Shown here: positions 63,068-64,000 of the stretch, piece by piece
Numbering within the stretch: position 1 is the stretch's first letter
Layout of the letters: the number at the start of each line of letters is the position of its first letter
Source of the DNA: Candidatus Latescibacterota bacterium
GTDB lineage: Bacteria > Latescibacterota > UBA2968 > UBA8231
DNA: 64,000 bases
Assembly: GCA_965215195.1 (NCBI GenBank)
Contig: CBDCDC010000002.1
Coordinates: 3,072,001-3,136,000, forward strand
Reading direction: 5' to 3'
The notes under the pieces: model-generated
The model's database searches: none
Seen by the model: the letters and a program-made list of their open reading frames with translations, nothing else
What the model was told of the DNA's origin: nothing
Program-made: the position numbers and the translations under genes

Positions 63068-63837
63068 TGCACCTCGTCTTCAGCCCGACCCTCTGCCCGG
63101 ACCTGCTCTTGCCCGAGGTGCTCGAGCTCGCCAAGGCGGCCGGCTTCTCCCGCGTCGAACTCTTCCGCGCTTATACCGAGAGCACCCCCGTCCACGGCGA
63201 CTGGTCCGTGCCGATGGTCCGCACCGCCATTGCGGACGCCGGCCTGCAATTTGCCGGCTTCAACATCCGCAACCTCACTGGCCGCAAGGCCGACTCGGAC
63301 GAGCGCAACCTCGCCTACAACCTGCGTCAGCTCGAATGGGATATCCACTTGGGTCGTGCCCTTGGCATCAAAACCCTGAACGCGAAGGGCGGTGCCCGCA
63401 CGGACGAGGCCCTCGCCGACCTCATTGAAGGCGTCAACAAGCTCCTCGACAACATCCCGGATATCGCCCTCAACTTGGGCAACCACAAAGGCAATCGCCT
63501 CCAAGGACTGGCCGACTACCAAGTGGTGCTGCCCGAGCTGCCCGAGCGGGCGCGGGTGCTCTTAGACACCGGACACCTGCTGTCGGTCGGCGAGCCGATC
63601 CTGCCCTTTGCCGAGGCCCTCGCCGGGCGCATCGGTCTCGTCCACCTGCGCGACCAGCGGGGCGAAAAGCCCGTGCCCTTCGGGGAAGGCGAACTGCCCT
63701 TTGCGGAGTTGTTTAGACTGTTAGCGGATAGCGGGTACGACGGCCCCCTCGTCGTCGAGCTGGAGGGCGTTGATTGGGACGAGCCGCTCCCGGCGGCCAT
63801 TGCCGCACGCCAATACGTCGAGGCCCTTCCCGGCTGA
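63067..63837 (+). CDS. Sugar phosphate isomerase/epimerase (TIM barrel)
   Basis: LDTGH, VHLRD, FGEG, GYDGPLVVELE; TGATG coupling with the PhyH gene. Confidence 0.85.
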   Translation: MHLVFSPTLCPDLLLPEVLELAKAAGFSRVELFRAYTESTPVHGDWSVPMVRTAIADAGLQFAGFNIRNLTGRKADSDERNLAYNLRQLEWDIHLGRALGIKTLNAKGGARTDEALADLIEGVNKLLDNIPDIALNLGNHKGNRLQGLADYQVVLPELPERARVLLDTGHLLSVGEPILPFAEALAGRIGLVHLRDQRGEKPVPFGEGELPFAELFRLLADSGYDGPLVVELEGVDWDEPLPAAIAARQYVEALPG

Positions 63838-64000
63838 GTTGGGGCACGACACCCCGTAGAAGCCGTTTTGAACTTTTGATTAGGCGGCTTTTGGCTTGAC
63901 GTAAATTTCGACTTGCATCCCGGCCCGCGTCAGCATATTAATCAATTTATCCACACTAAAACGACTGATCTCCCCCTGCATTAAATTGCTAATGCGCGGT

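Noticed and set aside
63857-63892. TAGAAGCCGTTTTGAAC resembling the TIR at 45912
   Set aside because: The match is weak and no partner TIR lies within the window.

Overview
High-GC bacterial chromosomal window. Several secreted proteins carry FlgD-Ig, T9SS-like or WGxxK C-terminal tags, which suggests a Latescibacterota/FCB-type lineage (inference). Layout: (1) 0.3-11.1 kb, minus-strand operon of uncharacterised surface proteins (putative beta-barrel, three paralogous FlgD-Ig proteins, lipoprotein, CBM9/DOMON-like protein). (2) Housekeeping and accessory genes: PPIase, MFS-spermidine synthase fusion, MetE-like, AAA/PD-(D/E)XK, NTase-uvrA, moaB, glutaminyl cyclase, DUF433/PIN toxin-antitoxin, heparinase II/III-like, CocE, gltA, hpf, pntAB, Lrp, gltBD, RcnA-like. 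(3) A visibly AT-richer, co-oriented seven-gene island at 46.2-57.8 kb that looks like a BREX-related defence system with no methyltransferase. It encodes an alphaCTD-sigma4 protein, a GNAT fused to a TGT/DpdA-like transglycosylase, a BrxA-like protein, a small P-loop protein, a large BrxC-like ATPase interrupted by a 123-bp MITE, a compact PglZ and a HerA/FtsK ATPase. (4) UbiD, amidase, tRNA-Glu, and TIM-barrel/PhyH genes. No CRISPR array, rRNA or integrase was seen. All family assignments come from motifs recognised by eye; no searches were run.
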